Shown: positions 36,492-45,577 of the stretch, piece by piece
Numbering within the stretch: the first letter of the stretch is position 1
How the letters are laid out: each line of letters begins with the position of its first letter
Source of the DNA: Patescibacteria group bacterium
Lineage (GTDB): Bacteria > Patescibacteriota > Minisyncoccia > UBA6257 > UBA9933
Assembly (NCBI GenBank): GCA_038078555.1
Contig: JBBTYQ010000001.1
Span: 1 to 58,965 of the forward strand
Direction of reading: 5' to 3'
Length of the DNA stretch: 58,965 nucleotides
Program-made: the position numbers and the translations under genes
The notes under the pieces: model-generated
What the model saw: only the letters and a program-made list of their open reading frames with translations
What the model was told of the DNA's origin: nothing
Database searches by the model: none

Positions 36492-37397
36492 TTATCCGCG
36501 CCTTCTGCCATGAAACGCCTTGTGCACCTCGCGAAGTCCCTGATTGGTCAAATGAGTATAGATTTGAGTAGTGGAAACATTGGCATGGCCCAAAAGCTCC
36601 TGAACCGAACGCAGGTCAGCGCCGCCCATCAATAAATCTGTGGCAAAAAGATGTCTAATCATGTGAGGATGAACGCGCTTGGCAATACCGGCTGCTTTAG
36701 CGTAATAATCTATCAATCTTTGAACCGTTCTGGGTATGATCCGACCGATGACTTTAGGATTTTTTGATTTTGTCAGGCTTATAAACAAAGCTTCTTCAGT
36801 GTCGGTCCGTTTTTTTAAATAATTCTCAATTGATAATTTAGCGCGATCAGCCAAAAATACCAACCTTAATTTATCTCCTTTGCCTCTTACTGTCAGTTCG
36901 CCCCGTTTCAAATCAATATATCGATTTAAGCTGCAAAGCTCGGAAATTCTAAGTCCGGTTGAAAATAAAGTTTCTAAAATCGCTTTATCGCGCAAAGACC
37001 TCAAGTCGTCTCCTTTAGTTGCCGCCAAAAGCCTTTCCAAGTCAGCGTATTCAATGATTTCAATTTGGCGAACTGGAATTTTCGGTAATTCGATTTTATC
37101 CGGAGACATGACGCTATAATCGTTTTTTGCCAGATATTTAAGGAAGTTTCGCAAGGCTATAATGTAATAGCTCTGCGAACTTTTTTTGAAATTCTGGCCT
37201 TCGGAAGTTTTTAATCTTGCCAAATTAAGGCGAAATTCTCTTATTGCATCGGCGGTAATGTCTTTTTCGCTTTTAATTCCTCCAAATTTTAAAAAAGCTC
37301 TTAAATACCGCTCGTAATTTTCTCTGGTTTTCGGCGAACGATTTTTTTCAATTTCCAGATAATCCAGATATCTTTTCAATAAAAGCTCTATATCCAT
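36492..37397 (-). CDS. xerC: Tyrosine recombinase XerC/XerD family
   Basis: Core-binding N-terminus, catalytic RxxxL...HMIRHLFAT...LLGHANVSTTQIYTH. Confidence 0.88.
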   Translation of the reverse strand: MDIELLLKRYLDYLEIEKNRSPKTRENYERYLRAFLKFGGIKSEKDITADAIREFRLNLARLKTSEGQNFKKSSQSYYIIALRNFLKYLAKNDYSVMSPDKIELPKIPVRQIEIIEYADLERLLAATKGDDLRSLRDKAILETLFSTGLRISELCSLNRYIDLKRGELTVRGKGDKLRLVFLADRAKLSIENYLKKRTDTEEALFISLTKSKNPKVIGRIIPRTVQRLIDYYAKAAGIAKRVHPHMIRHLFATDLLMGGADLRSVQELLGHANVSTTQIYTHLTNQGLREVHKAFHGRRRG

Positions 37398-37522
37398 AGG
37401 GTTATTTTAGCATATTGTGTCGCAAAAAGTTAGTTATGTTAAATCATTAAAATCATTAAAACGCTCTCTTGCTTTTTTATTAAATATGGTTTACTATATT
37501 AAAATTACTTTTTATAAAATTT

Positions 37523-37789
37523 ATGCTTACTAACCGACAAAAACAAAATATCGTTAAAGAATACGGGCTTCACGAAACCGACACCGGTTCCGGTGAAATT
37601 CAAGTAGCATTATTAACCAAACAAATCACCGAACTCACCGACCATCTCAAAAAAAATCCCAAAGACAATCACTCTAGAAGAGGCTTGCTAAAAATGGTCA
37701 GTAAAAGAAAAAAACTTCTTGATTATTTATCCGAGGCCAGCAATAAAAGCTATACCTCTTTAGTCAAAAAATTGGGGCTTAAAAAATGA
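37523..37789 (+). CDS. rpsO: 30S ribosomal protein S15
   Basis: [52 protein letters not shown]. Confidence 0.95.
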   Translation: MLTNRQKQNIVKEYGLHETDTGSGEIQVALLTKQITELTDHLKKNPKDNHSRRGLLKMVSKRKKLLDYLSEASNKSYTSLVKKLGLKK

Positions 37790-38313
37790 AATTTATCCAT
37801 AAAGACCAGCGAGTCGGCATCTTTATTGATGTCCAAAATCTTTATCACAGCGCCAAAAATTTATATCACGGCCGAGTTAATTATAAAGAATTGGTAAAAA
37901 ATCTTGCGGCTAATCGTAAAATCATCAGGTCTATCGGCTATGTTGTAAAAAGCGAAACTAGCCAAGAGCCGACAAGAGCGCTTTCCGGAGAAGCTTCATT
38001 TTTTGATGCTTTGGAAAAATCCGGCATTGAATTGCGCATGAAGGACATCCAAATTTTTGCCGGAGGAGTCAAGAAAGCAAACTGGGACGTAGGCATGGCA
38101 GTTGACGCGGTAAGAATGGCAAATTTTCTGGATGTTGTTATTTTGGTGACTGGCGACGGAGATTTCGTGCCATTGGTGGAATATTTAAAATGGGGCTTGG
38201 GCCGTCAGGTGGAAGTAGCCGCCTTTGACAGAAGCGCCTCGGCAAAATTGAAAGAAGTTGCGGACTTATTCATTGATTTAGAAAGAATGCCAAGAGTAAT
38301 AATAAAAAAATAA
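37786..38313 (+). CDS. NYN (LabA/DUF88-like) domain protein, putative ribonuclease
   Basis: [18 protein letters not shown] ... [20 protein letters not shown]. The start overlaps the rpsO stop (ATGA at 37786-37789). Confidence 0.8.
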   Translation: MKFIHKDQRVGIFIDVQNLYHSAKNLYHGRVNYKELVKNLAANRKIIRSIGYVVKSETSQEPTRALSGEASFFDALEKSGIELRMKDIQIFAGGVKKANWDVGMAVDAVRMANFLDVVILVTGDGDFVPLVEYLKWGLGRQVEVAAFDRSASAKLKEVADLFIDLERMPRVIIKK

Positions 38314-38387
38314 TAAATAATGCGCCGCTAATATACTAATTCATACTAATTATACTAATACGATTTTCTTATTTGTATAATTAGCAT

Positions 38388-38570
38388 GTCCCGCAACTTC
38401 CGCGAACAAAGTGAGCGAAAAGTTGGCGAGGATCCCGCTTATATCCCGAAACAATTATTCAATAATTTGAATTGTTTGTTGACGGAAGTGCGGGATCCGC
38501 GCCCTTTAACTTCATTTTACTCGGGATATGGGCGGTGGTATTCGTATATTGGCATCGCACCAATAAAACG
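38388..38570 (+). promoter_or_regulatory. Structured GC-rich 5' leader of pnp with competing or pseudoknotted helices (TATAAT at 38376-38381 just upstream)
   Basis: Complementary pairs read from the sequence are listed here. CCCGCAACTTCCG (38390-38402) pairs with CGGAAGTGCGGG (38483-38494). GGATCCCGC (38430-38438) pairs with GCGGGATCC (38490-38498). ATATCCCGA (38441-38449) pairs with TCGGGATAT (38521-38529). AAACAATT (38450-38457) pairs with AATTGTTT (38471-38478). Confidence 0.45.
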
Positions 38571-40685
38571 ATGTTAAACAAAAAAATATTTTCGATTGAT
38601 TTTGCCGGCCAGCCGTTATCTTTAACTATTTCCAATCTGGCCGATCAAGCCGACGCTTCTGTTTTAGGCCAATACGGCGACACCACGGTATTAGTAACCG
38701 CTGTAATGGGTAAAGAAGACAGAGATATAGATTATTTCCCTTTAGTTGTTGATTACGAAGAAAAATTTTATGCCGCTGGAAAAATAATCGGCTCAAGATT
38801 CGTTCGCCGAGAAGGCCGGCCTTCGGAAAATGCGATTCTTTCCGGCCGCATGATCGACCGCAGCATCAGGCCGCTTTTTAATCACAACTTAAGACGCGAT
38901 GTCCAGCTTGTTATAACCGTACTTTCTTATGACGAAGAAAATGATCCGGATTTTATTGCTTTGCTTTCCGCTTCACTGGCCTTGGCTATTTCCCCTATTC
39001 CTTGGAATGGGCCGATTGCCGGCGCAAGATTATCTCGAACTATTGAGAATAAAACCATAATTAATCCGGTAAATTCTTTTTTCATTGAAAACGGCCAATC
39101 CTTATTTGACGCTTTTGTAAGCGCCACTGAAGAAAAAATCAATATGATTGAACTGGCTGGAAAAGAAATTAAAGAAAGCGCAATAGCGGAAAGTTTTGAA
39201 TTAGCTCATCAGGAAATAAAAAAACTCATAAATTTTCAAAAAGAAATAATCGGACAAGTAGGCAAACCAAAAGCTGAAGTAAGCATTGCCGAGCCCGATT
39301 CCGAACTCCGCCAAAAAATAAAAGAATTTCTCAAAGGAAAATTAGCTGAAGCGCTTTATGCTGAAAATAAAATAGACCGCCAAAATAAAATTCTTAAACT
39401 AAAAGGCGAGCTTAAACAATATCTAATCAATGAATCAGTCAAAGAATTTGAATTTGCCGACTATTTGTTCGACGAAGAAATTAATGAACTGATTCATTTT
39501 GATATTATTAATTCCGAAAGAAGGCCTGATGGCAGAAAAATAGATGAGGTACGGGAACTTTTTACGGAAATTGGCCTGCTTAAAAGGCTTCACGGTTCAG
39601 CTTTGTTTATGAGGGGCAATACTCAGGCGCTTGCGGTAACAACGCTAGCCGCGCCCGGAGCCGAACAATTAATTGAGACAATGGAAATTTCCGCCAAACG
39701 AAGATTTATGCTTCATTATAATTTTCCGCCTTATTCAACCGGAGAAGTTGGAAGAATGGGCGGCGTCGGCCGAAGAGAAGTCGGCCACGGAAATTTAGCG
39801 GAAAAAGCAATTAAAGCCGTTTTGCCCACTCAAGAAGAATTTCCCTATACCATTCGCGTTGTTTCGGAAATCTTATCTTCTAATGGCTCATCTTCAATGG
39901 CCAGCGCCTGCGCCGCTTCCTTGTCTTTAATGGACGCTGGCGTACCGATTAAAAAACCGGTAGCCGGCATTGCCATGGGATTAATGAGCGAAGAAAAAGG
40001 CAATTATAAAATTTTAACCGATATTCAAGGCCCGGAAGACCATCACGGCGATATGGATTGCAAAGTTGCCGGAACTTCTGACGGCATCACCGCCATTCAA
40101 ATGGATGTAAAAATCGACGGCGTCACTTTAAAGCAACTGGCTGAAGTTCTTGAACAAGCCAAAAAAGCCCGTTTGAAAATTCTTGATGTTATGACTAAAA
40201 CAATAGCTGAACCAAGAAAAGAAATTTCTCCTTACGCGCCGGTGGTAATGGTTCTTGACATTTTGCCTGAACAAATCGGCGAAGTAATCGGTCCGGGCGG
40301 AAAAATCATTAATACGATTATTAAAGAAACCGGCGTCCAAACTATTGATATTGAACAAACCGGCCGAGTTTTTGTCGCCGCGGGAAAAGCTGAACAAGCA
40401 ACTTCGGCTATTCATTACATCAAATCAATGACCAGAAAAATTCAAGTCGGCGAAATCATTGAAGGCAAAGTGATAAAAATTTTGGAATTCGGGGCAATTG
40501 TCGATTTAGGCGGCGGCAAAGACGGCATGATTCATGTTTCCGAGCTCAAAGAAGGCTTTGTCAAAAAAGTCGAAGACGTGGTGAAAATTGGCGATACTGT
40601 TAAAGTAAAAGTCATTAAAACTGATGAAAACGGCCGTATCGGACTTTCTTCAAAAGCCTTGCAAGAAGCTCCTGAACAAAAATAA
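38571..40685 (+). CDS. pnp: Polyribonucleotide nucleotidyltransferase (PNPase)
   Basis: Two RNase PH domains, then KH (GPGGKIINTIIKETG) and S1 (GEIIEGKVIKILEFGAIVDL) domains. Homology starts at MLNKKIFSIDFAG (ATG 38571), so the track extension to 38472 lies in the leader. Confidence 0.95.
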   Translation: MLNKKIFSIDFAGQPLSLTISNLADQADASVLGQYGDTTVLVTAVMGKEDRDIDYFPLVVDYEEKFYAAGKIIGSRFVRREGRPSENAILSGRMIDRSIRPLFNHNLRRDVQLVITVLSYDEENDPDFIALLSASLALAISPIPWNGPIAGARLSRTIENKTIINPVNSFFIENGQSLFDAFVSATEEKINMIELAGKEIKESAIAESFELAHQEIKKLINFQKEIIGQVGKPKAEVSIAEPDSELRQKIKEFLKGKLAEALYAENKIDRQNKILKLKGELKQYLINESVKEFEFADYLFDEEINELIHFDIINSERRPDGRKIDEVRELFTEIGLLKRLHGSALFMRGNTQALAVTTLAAPGAEQLIETMEISAKRRFMLHYNFPPYSTGEVGRMGGVGRREVGHGNLAEKAIKAVLPTQEEFPYTIRVVSEILSSNGSSSMASACAASLSLMDAGVPIKKPVAGIAMGLMSEEKGNYKILTDIQGPEDHHGDMDCKVAGTSDGITAIQMDVKIDGVTLKQLAEVLEQAKKARLKILDVMTKTIAEPRKEISPYAPVVMVLDILPEQIGEVIGPGGKIINTIIKETGVQTIDIEQTGRVFVAAGKAEQATSAIHYIKSMTRKIQVGEIIEGKVIKILEFGAIVDLGGGKDGMIHVSELKEGFVKKVEDVVKIGDTVKVKVIKTDENGRIGLSSKALQEAPEQK

Positions 40686-40719
40686 AAATCCTCATCATCC
40701 GCCAACTAGCGGACTAACT

Positions 40720-40750
40720 AAAAACGCCCCGCAATGCAGGGCGTTTTTTA
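40720..40750. terminator. Bidirectional intrinsic terminator between pnp and rpsT
   Basis: AAAAACGCCC-CGCAATGCA-GGGCGTTTTTT between convergent genes. Confidence 0.8.
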
Positions 40751-41008
40751 TTATTTTTTTATTAGTTTGCTAAGCCTTGATTTAATCCGACTGGCTCTAT
40801 TCTTTTTTATTAAGTTAACTTTTACGGATTTATCCAGTTTTTTATAAACTTGGCTAAGGTATTTTTTTGCTTCCTCTTTTTTTCCGCCGGCTACCAATCC
40901 CTTAAATTGTTTGACAACCGTCTTAAGCTCGGATTTTCTTTTTACATTTTTCTCCTTTCGCCTGACATTTTGACGCAAAGCTTTTTTCGCTGATTTAATA
41001 ATTGGCAT
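40751..41008 (-). CDS. rpsT: 30S ribosomal protein S20
   Basis: MPIIKSAKKALRQNVRRKEKNVKRKSELKT. Confidence 0.93.
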   Translation of the reverse strand: MPIIKSAKKALRQNVRRKEKNVKRKSELKTVVKQFKGLVAGGKKEEAKKYLSQVYKKLDKSVKVNLIKKNRASRIKSRLSKLIKK

Positions 41009-41078
41009 AGCTTTATATAATTAAGTTTTTCTATATTAACTTGCTTTATTTATTTTGTCAATCTTATTTTAAACTATT

Positions 41079-41106
41079 AAAATAAAAAAGGCAGGATATT
41101 CCTGCC
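41079..41106 (-). terminator. Intrinsic terminator of the 99-aa orphan gene
   Basis: Minus strand reads GGCAGG-AATAT-CCTGCC followed by a T-run. Confidence 0.7.
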
Positions 41107-41111
41107 TGTGA

Positions 41112-41411
41112 TTAAAACATATCTATAATGGTTTTATCGCCGATTTCTCGTATTATCTCTGGAGCGTAATTCGCGTATTTATGAATTAATACGATATACA
41201 AAGGGTTAAACTTTTTTAATATAAGATTAAATTCTTCTCTTCCCTTTCTTCTGCTGCAATCTTTTATTATTTTTTTATGCTTTCTTGTTTCTCCCTTGTT
41301 TGCTTTTATAAAATATAATATAAAAGCATAATCATGTGCTTCTTTCTTGTCTGACTCCTGCTTGGCTATTCCAGGATGCGCAGCGCATATTTTTCCCAAT
41401 TTTTTATACAT
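41112..41411 (-). CDS. Lys-rich 99-aa hypothetical protein
   Basis: ORF with a strong SD (GAGGAGGT), a near-consensus promoter and its own terminator. No family recognised. Confidence 0.6.
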   Translation of the reverse strand: MYKKLGKICAAHPGIAKQESDKKEAHDYAFILYFIKANKGETRKHKKIIKDCSRRKGREEFNLILKKFNPLYIVLIHKYANYAPEIIREIGDKTIIDMF

Positions 41412-41471
41412 AACTACCTCCTCAATTTTTTAATTTTAAGCCTTTTGGCTATTTTTTAAGTGCTATTTATA

Positions 41472-41499
41472 TTATAGCATAGTGATATTAAAAGTCAAT
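41472..41499 (-). promoter_or_regulatory. Near-consensus sigma-70 promoter TTGACT - 16 nt (ending TGC) - TATAAT
   Basis: Read on the minus strand: -35 at 41494-41499 and -10 at 41472-41477 with an extended TGn. Confidence 0.6.
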
Positions 41500-41554
41500 G
41501 ATATGCGCCAAAGCAGTGGAAATTACCCTATTTTGGGAATATAATTAAATTTCT

Positions 41555-42133
41555 ATGATATCGTTTTTATCAGGGATGATTGCGGCGAAAAAACCGCAAT
41601 TTATCATACTGGAAACCAATGGAATCGGATTCAAAGTCATTGTTTCCTCAAAAACACTGCACAAATTGCCTGGCACTGGCTCAAAATTGAAAGTTTTTTG
41701 TTATACAAATATAAAGCAAGACGGCATCGATATTTACGGTTTTTTAGACGAAGAAGATTTGGAAATTTTCGAGCTTTTTAATTCAATTTCCGGTATTGGT
41801 CCGAAAATCGCCTTAAAAATTTTAAACACAACAAAAACAAAGGAATTGCTTTCCGCAATAAGTTTGGGCCGTCACGATATTTTAACCAAAGTATCGGGCG
41901 TCGGCAAAAAAACCGCTCATCGATTAATCTTGGAACTTCGCGATAAAATCAAAAATAAGGCAGACGAAGGAGTCTTTTCCTCTGTGGAGGAAAATGATAA
42001 TTTGGAAATCGCGCTTAAAAATCTTGGCTATAAAAAAACCGAAATTAAAGAATCTATCAACAGCATCCCGACTAAAATGAAAAGCTTTGAAGAAAAAATA
42101 AAAATAGCTCTTAAATTTTTAGCTAAAAAATAA
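41555..42133 (+). CDS. ruvA: Holliday junction branch migration protein RuvA
   Basis: MISFLSGMIAAKKPQFIILETNGIGFKV ... ISGIGPKIALKIL ... VSGVGKKTAHRLILEL (HhH motifs). Confidence 0.92.
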   Translation: MISFLSGMIAAKKPQFIILETNGIGFKVIVSSKTLHKLPGTGSKLKVFCYTNIKQDGIDIYGFLDEEDLEIFELFNSISGIGPKIALKILNTTKTKELLSAISLGRHDILTKVSGVGKKTAHRLILELRDKIKNKADEGVFSSVEENDNLEIALKNLGYKKTEIKESINSIPTKMKSFEEKIKIALKFLAKK

Positions 42134-42147
42134 AGCAGTTTGAAAAC

Positions 42148-43446
42148 ATGAAAACAAATACTGAAATAAAAAATAAAGCGCTTAAATTTTTGCTTTTATT
42201 TTTCATTTTGATTTTAAGCGCAATTTGGCCCGAGAGCTGGCCAATCAAGCCTTTAACTTATTTTCCTATGGCAAAAGGCGCGGCTCCATTAGAACTTAAA
42301 GGTTCCATCGATAAAAAAACTCAGGAGCTTCTGGAAATCAATCAGCAAATTCAAGCAACCCAAAAAAAAATTGAGGAAACCCAAAGCGAAAGCAAAACTT
42401 TAAAAAAAGAAATTACTAAGACAGATAATGAAATTAGTCAGATAAGCCTTGGCATACGCTCAAGTGAAATTTTAATTGACCGATTTAAATTAGAAATAGA
42501 AGACACTCAATACGACATAGCAGATATTGAAGAAAAAATCGGTGGTCAAAAAGAAGCGGTTTCCGAAACTCTGCGCGAGATTCAAAAAAAGGACAAAGAA
42601 ACTCCTCTGATTATTTTTTTAAAAAATAAAAGCCTGGCTGGCAGCGTATTTGAAACTCAAAACCTGATAAGTCTCAGCGATAATCTCATAACAGCGGTAA
42701 ATGAACTTCAAATCCTGAAAGACGAGTTATCGGAAAAAATCGAGACTCTTTCCAATTCCAAGCAAAAAAAAGAAAAAGAGGGTTTTAACCTTAAAAATAA
42801 AAAAATTATTGTTGAAGACAGCAAAAAGGAAAAACAAACGCTTTTGGAGCGAACGAAAAATCAGGAAAAAATATATCAGCAAAGCCTTACCACATTAGAA
42901 AAAAAACAAGCGGAAATTGCCGCAGAAATTGAAGATATGGATGAAGAACTGCGTCTCAAAATCGACCCCAAACTATTGCCCACGCCAAGACCCGGCGTAT
43001 TGGCCTTCCCGATTCAAAATCATCGCCTGACTCAAGATTACGGTTCCACCAGTTTTGCCAAATACGGATATCGAGGAAAATGGCACAATGGAGTTGATTA
43101 CGGCGCGCCCATAGGCACTCCGGTTCTAGCCGCTGAAAGCGGAAAAATAATTGCCTCGGATAACCAAGATAAATACTGCTATCGCGGAGCTTATGGAAAA
43201 TATATTGCCATTGAACACGAAAACAATTTAACAACGCTTTACGCCCATCTTTCCTTGCAAACCGCAAAAGTCGGCGACGTAATTCAAAAAGGCCAAGTTA
43301 TCGGCTATGTTGGTAAAACCGGATATGCCACTGGCCCTCACCTCCATTTTACGGTTTACAGCAGCATTACTTTTTCCTTAAAACCATCAAAAAGCTGCGG
43401 CCCGATGCCGTCTGGCGGAGACATTAATCCTTTGAATTATTTATAA
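42148..43446 (+). CDS. M23 family metallopeptidase with an N-terminal coiled coil (EnvC-like)
   Basis: HNGVDYGAPIGTPVLAAESGKII ... GYATGPHLHFTVY. Confidence 0.88.
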   Translation: MKTNTEIKNKALKFLLLFFILILSAIWPESWPIKPLTYFPMAKGAAPLELKGSIDKKTQELLEINQQIQATQKKIEETQSESKTLKKEITKTDNEISQISLGIRSSEILIDRFKLEIEDTQYDIADIEEKIGGQKEAVSETLREIQKKDKETPLIIFLKNKSLAGSVFETQNLISLSDNLITAVNELQILKDELSEKIETLSNSKQKKEKEGFNLKNKKIIVEDSKKEKQTLLERTKNQEKIYQQSLTTLEKKQAEIAAEIEDMDEELRLKIDPKLLPTPRPGVLAFPIQNHRLTQDYGSTSFAKYGYRGKWHNGVDYGAPIGTPVLAAESGKIIASDNQDKYCYRGAYGKYIAIEHENNLTTLYAHLSLQTAKVGDVIQKGQVIGYVGKTGYATGPHLHFTVYSSITFSLKPSKSCGPMPSGGDINPLNYL

Positions 43447-43471
43447 ACCAAATAATTGCCAATAACAGAAT

Positions 43472-44851
43472 ATGATTGAAAAAATTCTGAGATTTTTTGA
43501 AAAATACATAATTCCAAAATCCTTATACAAGCTCGGCCAGCCTATATATCATTTTACTCTGTCTTTTTTAGCGTCTTTTTTTTACAGATTTCCTTCAAAA
43601 AAAATGATCGTTATCGGCGTTACCGGCACCAAAGGAAAAACCACCACCTGCAATTTAATCGCCCAAATACTGAATGCTTCTGGTCTTAAAACCGGCATGG
43701 CCACTACGGCCAATTTCCGCATAGGAGACAAAGAATGGCCAAACGAAACCAAACAAACCATGCTGGGAAGATTTTGTCTGCAAAAGCTTCTTAGCCAAAT
43801 GAGTCAAGAAAGTTGCCGATATGCTGTCGTAGAAACATCGTCAGAAGGCATACTTCAGCACCGCCATCAATTTATTAATTATACGGTTGCGGTTTTTACT
43901 AATCTTTCGCCCGAGCATATTGAGCGACACGGCGGTTTTGAAAATTATCGCGCCGCCAAAATAAAACTTTTTGAAAAAGTGGCTAAATCTGAAAATGGAA
44001 TTGGTATTTATAATTTAGACGATGAAAATATCAAATATTTTTTAAAACCAAAAATTAAAAATAAATACGGCTATACAATGAAACCAACAACTGATAACCA
44101 ACAACTTACGACTGGAAAATTAAACAATATTTTAAAAATTAAAAATATAAAACTTTATCCGGACAAAACTGAATTTACGGCCAATAACGAAAAATTAGAA
44201 ATGCCGCTGGTAGGCGAATTCAATGTTTACAACGCCGTCGCCGCTATTTGCGTTGCTTTGTCTCAAAACATCCCGTTTGAAAAAATAAAAGCATCTTTAG
44301 CTCTGGCAAAACCGCCTTCCGGCCGATTTGAAATTATAAACAAAGGGCAAGATTTTATCGTAATCATCGACTACGCTCATGAGCCGGCAAGCCTCGAAGC
44401 GGCTTACAAAGCTGTTATTGAGTCGCACGCAAAAACTAAAACTCCAAAACTAATTTGCTTGTTAGGCGCCCAAGGCGGCGGCCGGGACAAATGGAAAAGG
44501 CCCAAAATGGGCGAGATTGCGGCTCAATATTGCGATAAAATTATTTTAACTAACGAAGACCCTTATAACGAAAATCCTTCTGTTATTTTAGATGATATTG
44601 AAGCTGGGTTTTCACAAACAAAAAACAACAAATGGAAAATTATGAAAAATTATTACAAAATCATTGACCGCAAAGAAGCAATTAAAAAAGCGATTTCACT
44701 GGCAAAAAAAGGCGATGCAGTGATTTTAACCGGCAAAGGCGGGGAATCATTGATGTGCGTAGAAAATGCCCATAAAATACCTTGGGACGAAAAACACACA
44801 GTTGAAGAAGAATTAGAAAAACTTAAAAAATTCCGCCTGCCCCGCAAATAG
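43472..44851 (+). CDS. murE: Mur ligase, probable UDP-N-acetylmuramoyl-L-alanyl-D-glutamate--diamino acid ligase
   Basis: IGVTGTKGKTTT P-loop and an ILTNEDPYNENP variant of the MurE DNPR motif. Confidence 0.75.
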   Translation: MIEKILRFFEKYIIPKSLYKLGQPIYHFTLSFLASFFYRFPSKKMIVIGVTGTKGKTTTCNLIAQILNASGLKTGMATTANFRIGDKEWPNETKQTMLGRFCLQKLLSQMSQESCRYAVVETSSEGILQHRHQFINYTVAVFTNLSPEHIERHGGFENYRAAKIKLFEKVAKSENGIGIYNLDDENIKYFLKPKIKNKYGYTMKPTTDNQQLTTGKLNNILKIKNIKLYPDKTEFTANNEKLEMPLVGEFNVYNAVAAICVALSQNIPFEKIKASLALAKPPSGRFEIINKGQDFIVIIDYAHEPASLEAAYKAVIESHAKTKTPKLICLLGAQGGGRDKWKRPKMGEIAAQYCDKIILTNEDPYNENPSVILDDIEAGFSQTKNNKWKIMKNYYKIIDRKEAIKKAISLAKKGDAVILTGKGGESLMCVENAHKIPWDEKHTVEEELEKLKKFRLPRK

Positions 44852-44952
44852 CGATAGCTTTCCTTCGGAGTGAGGTGAAAAAAAATTATAGAAGAATTAC
44901 TATAAATATCCGCTCTTAAATTAATAATTATTAAATTTCAATAATTTAAATT

Positions 44953-44987
44953 ATAAAAAAAAGAGGCTCTAAATAAAAGAGCCTCTT
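44953..44987 (-). terminator. Intrinsic terminator (9-bp stem AAGAGGCTC / GAGCCTCTT) after the small-protein operon
   Basis: The hairpin at 44961-44987 is followed on the minus strand by T8. Confidence 0.7.
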
Positions 44988-45004
44988 AATAAAGAACTAA
45001 ATAA

Positions 45005-45205
45005 CTAATGGCTTTTGCGCCGCTTCCGCGTTATTACCCTTAAAATTTCGAGTTGCTCCTTATTTAGCAACTCGTCTTTTTCGGGATACACAAACGGGTC
45101 TCTTCCGCAATTCGGACATGAAGAGCCTTGACGTTGGTTTGCCATTCCGCAATTGGGATGGGGACAAATAAATCCCAATCCCTCGCGTATATATTCCATC
45201 GTCAT
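45005..45205 (-). CDS. 66-aa zinc-ribbon protein
   Basis: CPHPNCGMANQRQGSSCPNCG. Strong SD (GGGAGGTAAGG) 7 nt upstream of the ATG. Confidence 0.6.
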   Translation of the reverse strand: MTMEYIREGLGFICPHPNCGMANQRQGSSCPNCGRDPFVYPEKDELLNKEQLEILRVITRKRRKSH

Positions 45206-45210
45206 TTTCC

Positions 45211-45408
45211 TTACCTCCCTGTCTTAGAAAGAATCTTTGCGCCAGCAAGCGCGAGCCCCGAACTCCCTAGCGCCAAAACAGTCACCATCACATCAGACAA
45301 GCCTTTATGTGTTGGTGCAACTATCGTCTGAAAGTCAGACGTGCCGGCGACTATAAAAACACCGCCAACACCAGCCAAAATCAAAACCGTTCCAATCAAT
45401 TCCTTCAT
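45211..45408 (-). CDS. 65-aa two-helix membrane protein
   Basis: Gly/Ala/Val-rich hydrophobic helices. SD AAGGAGGAAG upstream. Confidence 0.55.
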   Translation of the reverse strand: MKELIGTVLILAGVGGVFIVAGTSDFQTIVAPTHKGLSDVMVTVLALGSSGLALAGAKILSKTGR

Positions 45409-45533
45409 TTTTTTTCTTCCTCCTTTGTGTGTTTGTATAAAATGAAAAATCCATAGCCTATCACCCCGATAACCGTTATGATAAATGTCACCAATGCGAC
45501 ATTTACCATATACTCTGGAATAATAATTACCAT
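45405..45533 (-). CDS. 42-aa single-TM protein (below the ORF-track size cut-off)
   Basis: Hand translation gives MVIIIPEYMVNVALVTFIITVIGVIGYGFFILYKHTKEEEKK. SD GGAAGGAGAG is upstream, and the stop TGA overlaps the next ATG (ATGA at 45405-45408). Confidence 0.5.
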   Translation of the reverse strand: MVIIIPEYMVNVALVTFIITVIGVIGYGFFILYKHTKEEEKK

Positions 45534-45577
45534 ATCCGCTCTCCTTCCCTTATTAAAAAATTAAACAGCTGATTTAA

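Noticed and set aside
36492-37397. The XerC/D recombinase as the integrase of an integrative element carrying the T4SS-like operon
   Set aside because: It is 5 kb away and separated from the operon by rsmA, a helicase, comM and a dksA-like gene. It has the standard Xer layout and no flanking att-like repeats were seen. It is most simply the chromosomal dimer-resolution recombinase.
37786-37789. A recoded genetic code (UGA as sense), as in some candidate phyla
   Set aside because: TGA is used as a genuine stop, for example in rpsO at 37787-37789 and at several ATGA overlaps. All conserved genes are full length under the standard bacterial code.
38386-38577. A 63-aa plus-strand ORF, and the 33-codon N-terminal extension of the pnp ORF (38472-38570)
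   Set aside because: Both lie in the structured GC-rich leader and have no SD. PNPase homology begins at MLNKKIFSIDFAG (ATG 38571). The extension is an arbitrary hydrophobic string.
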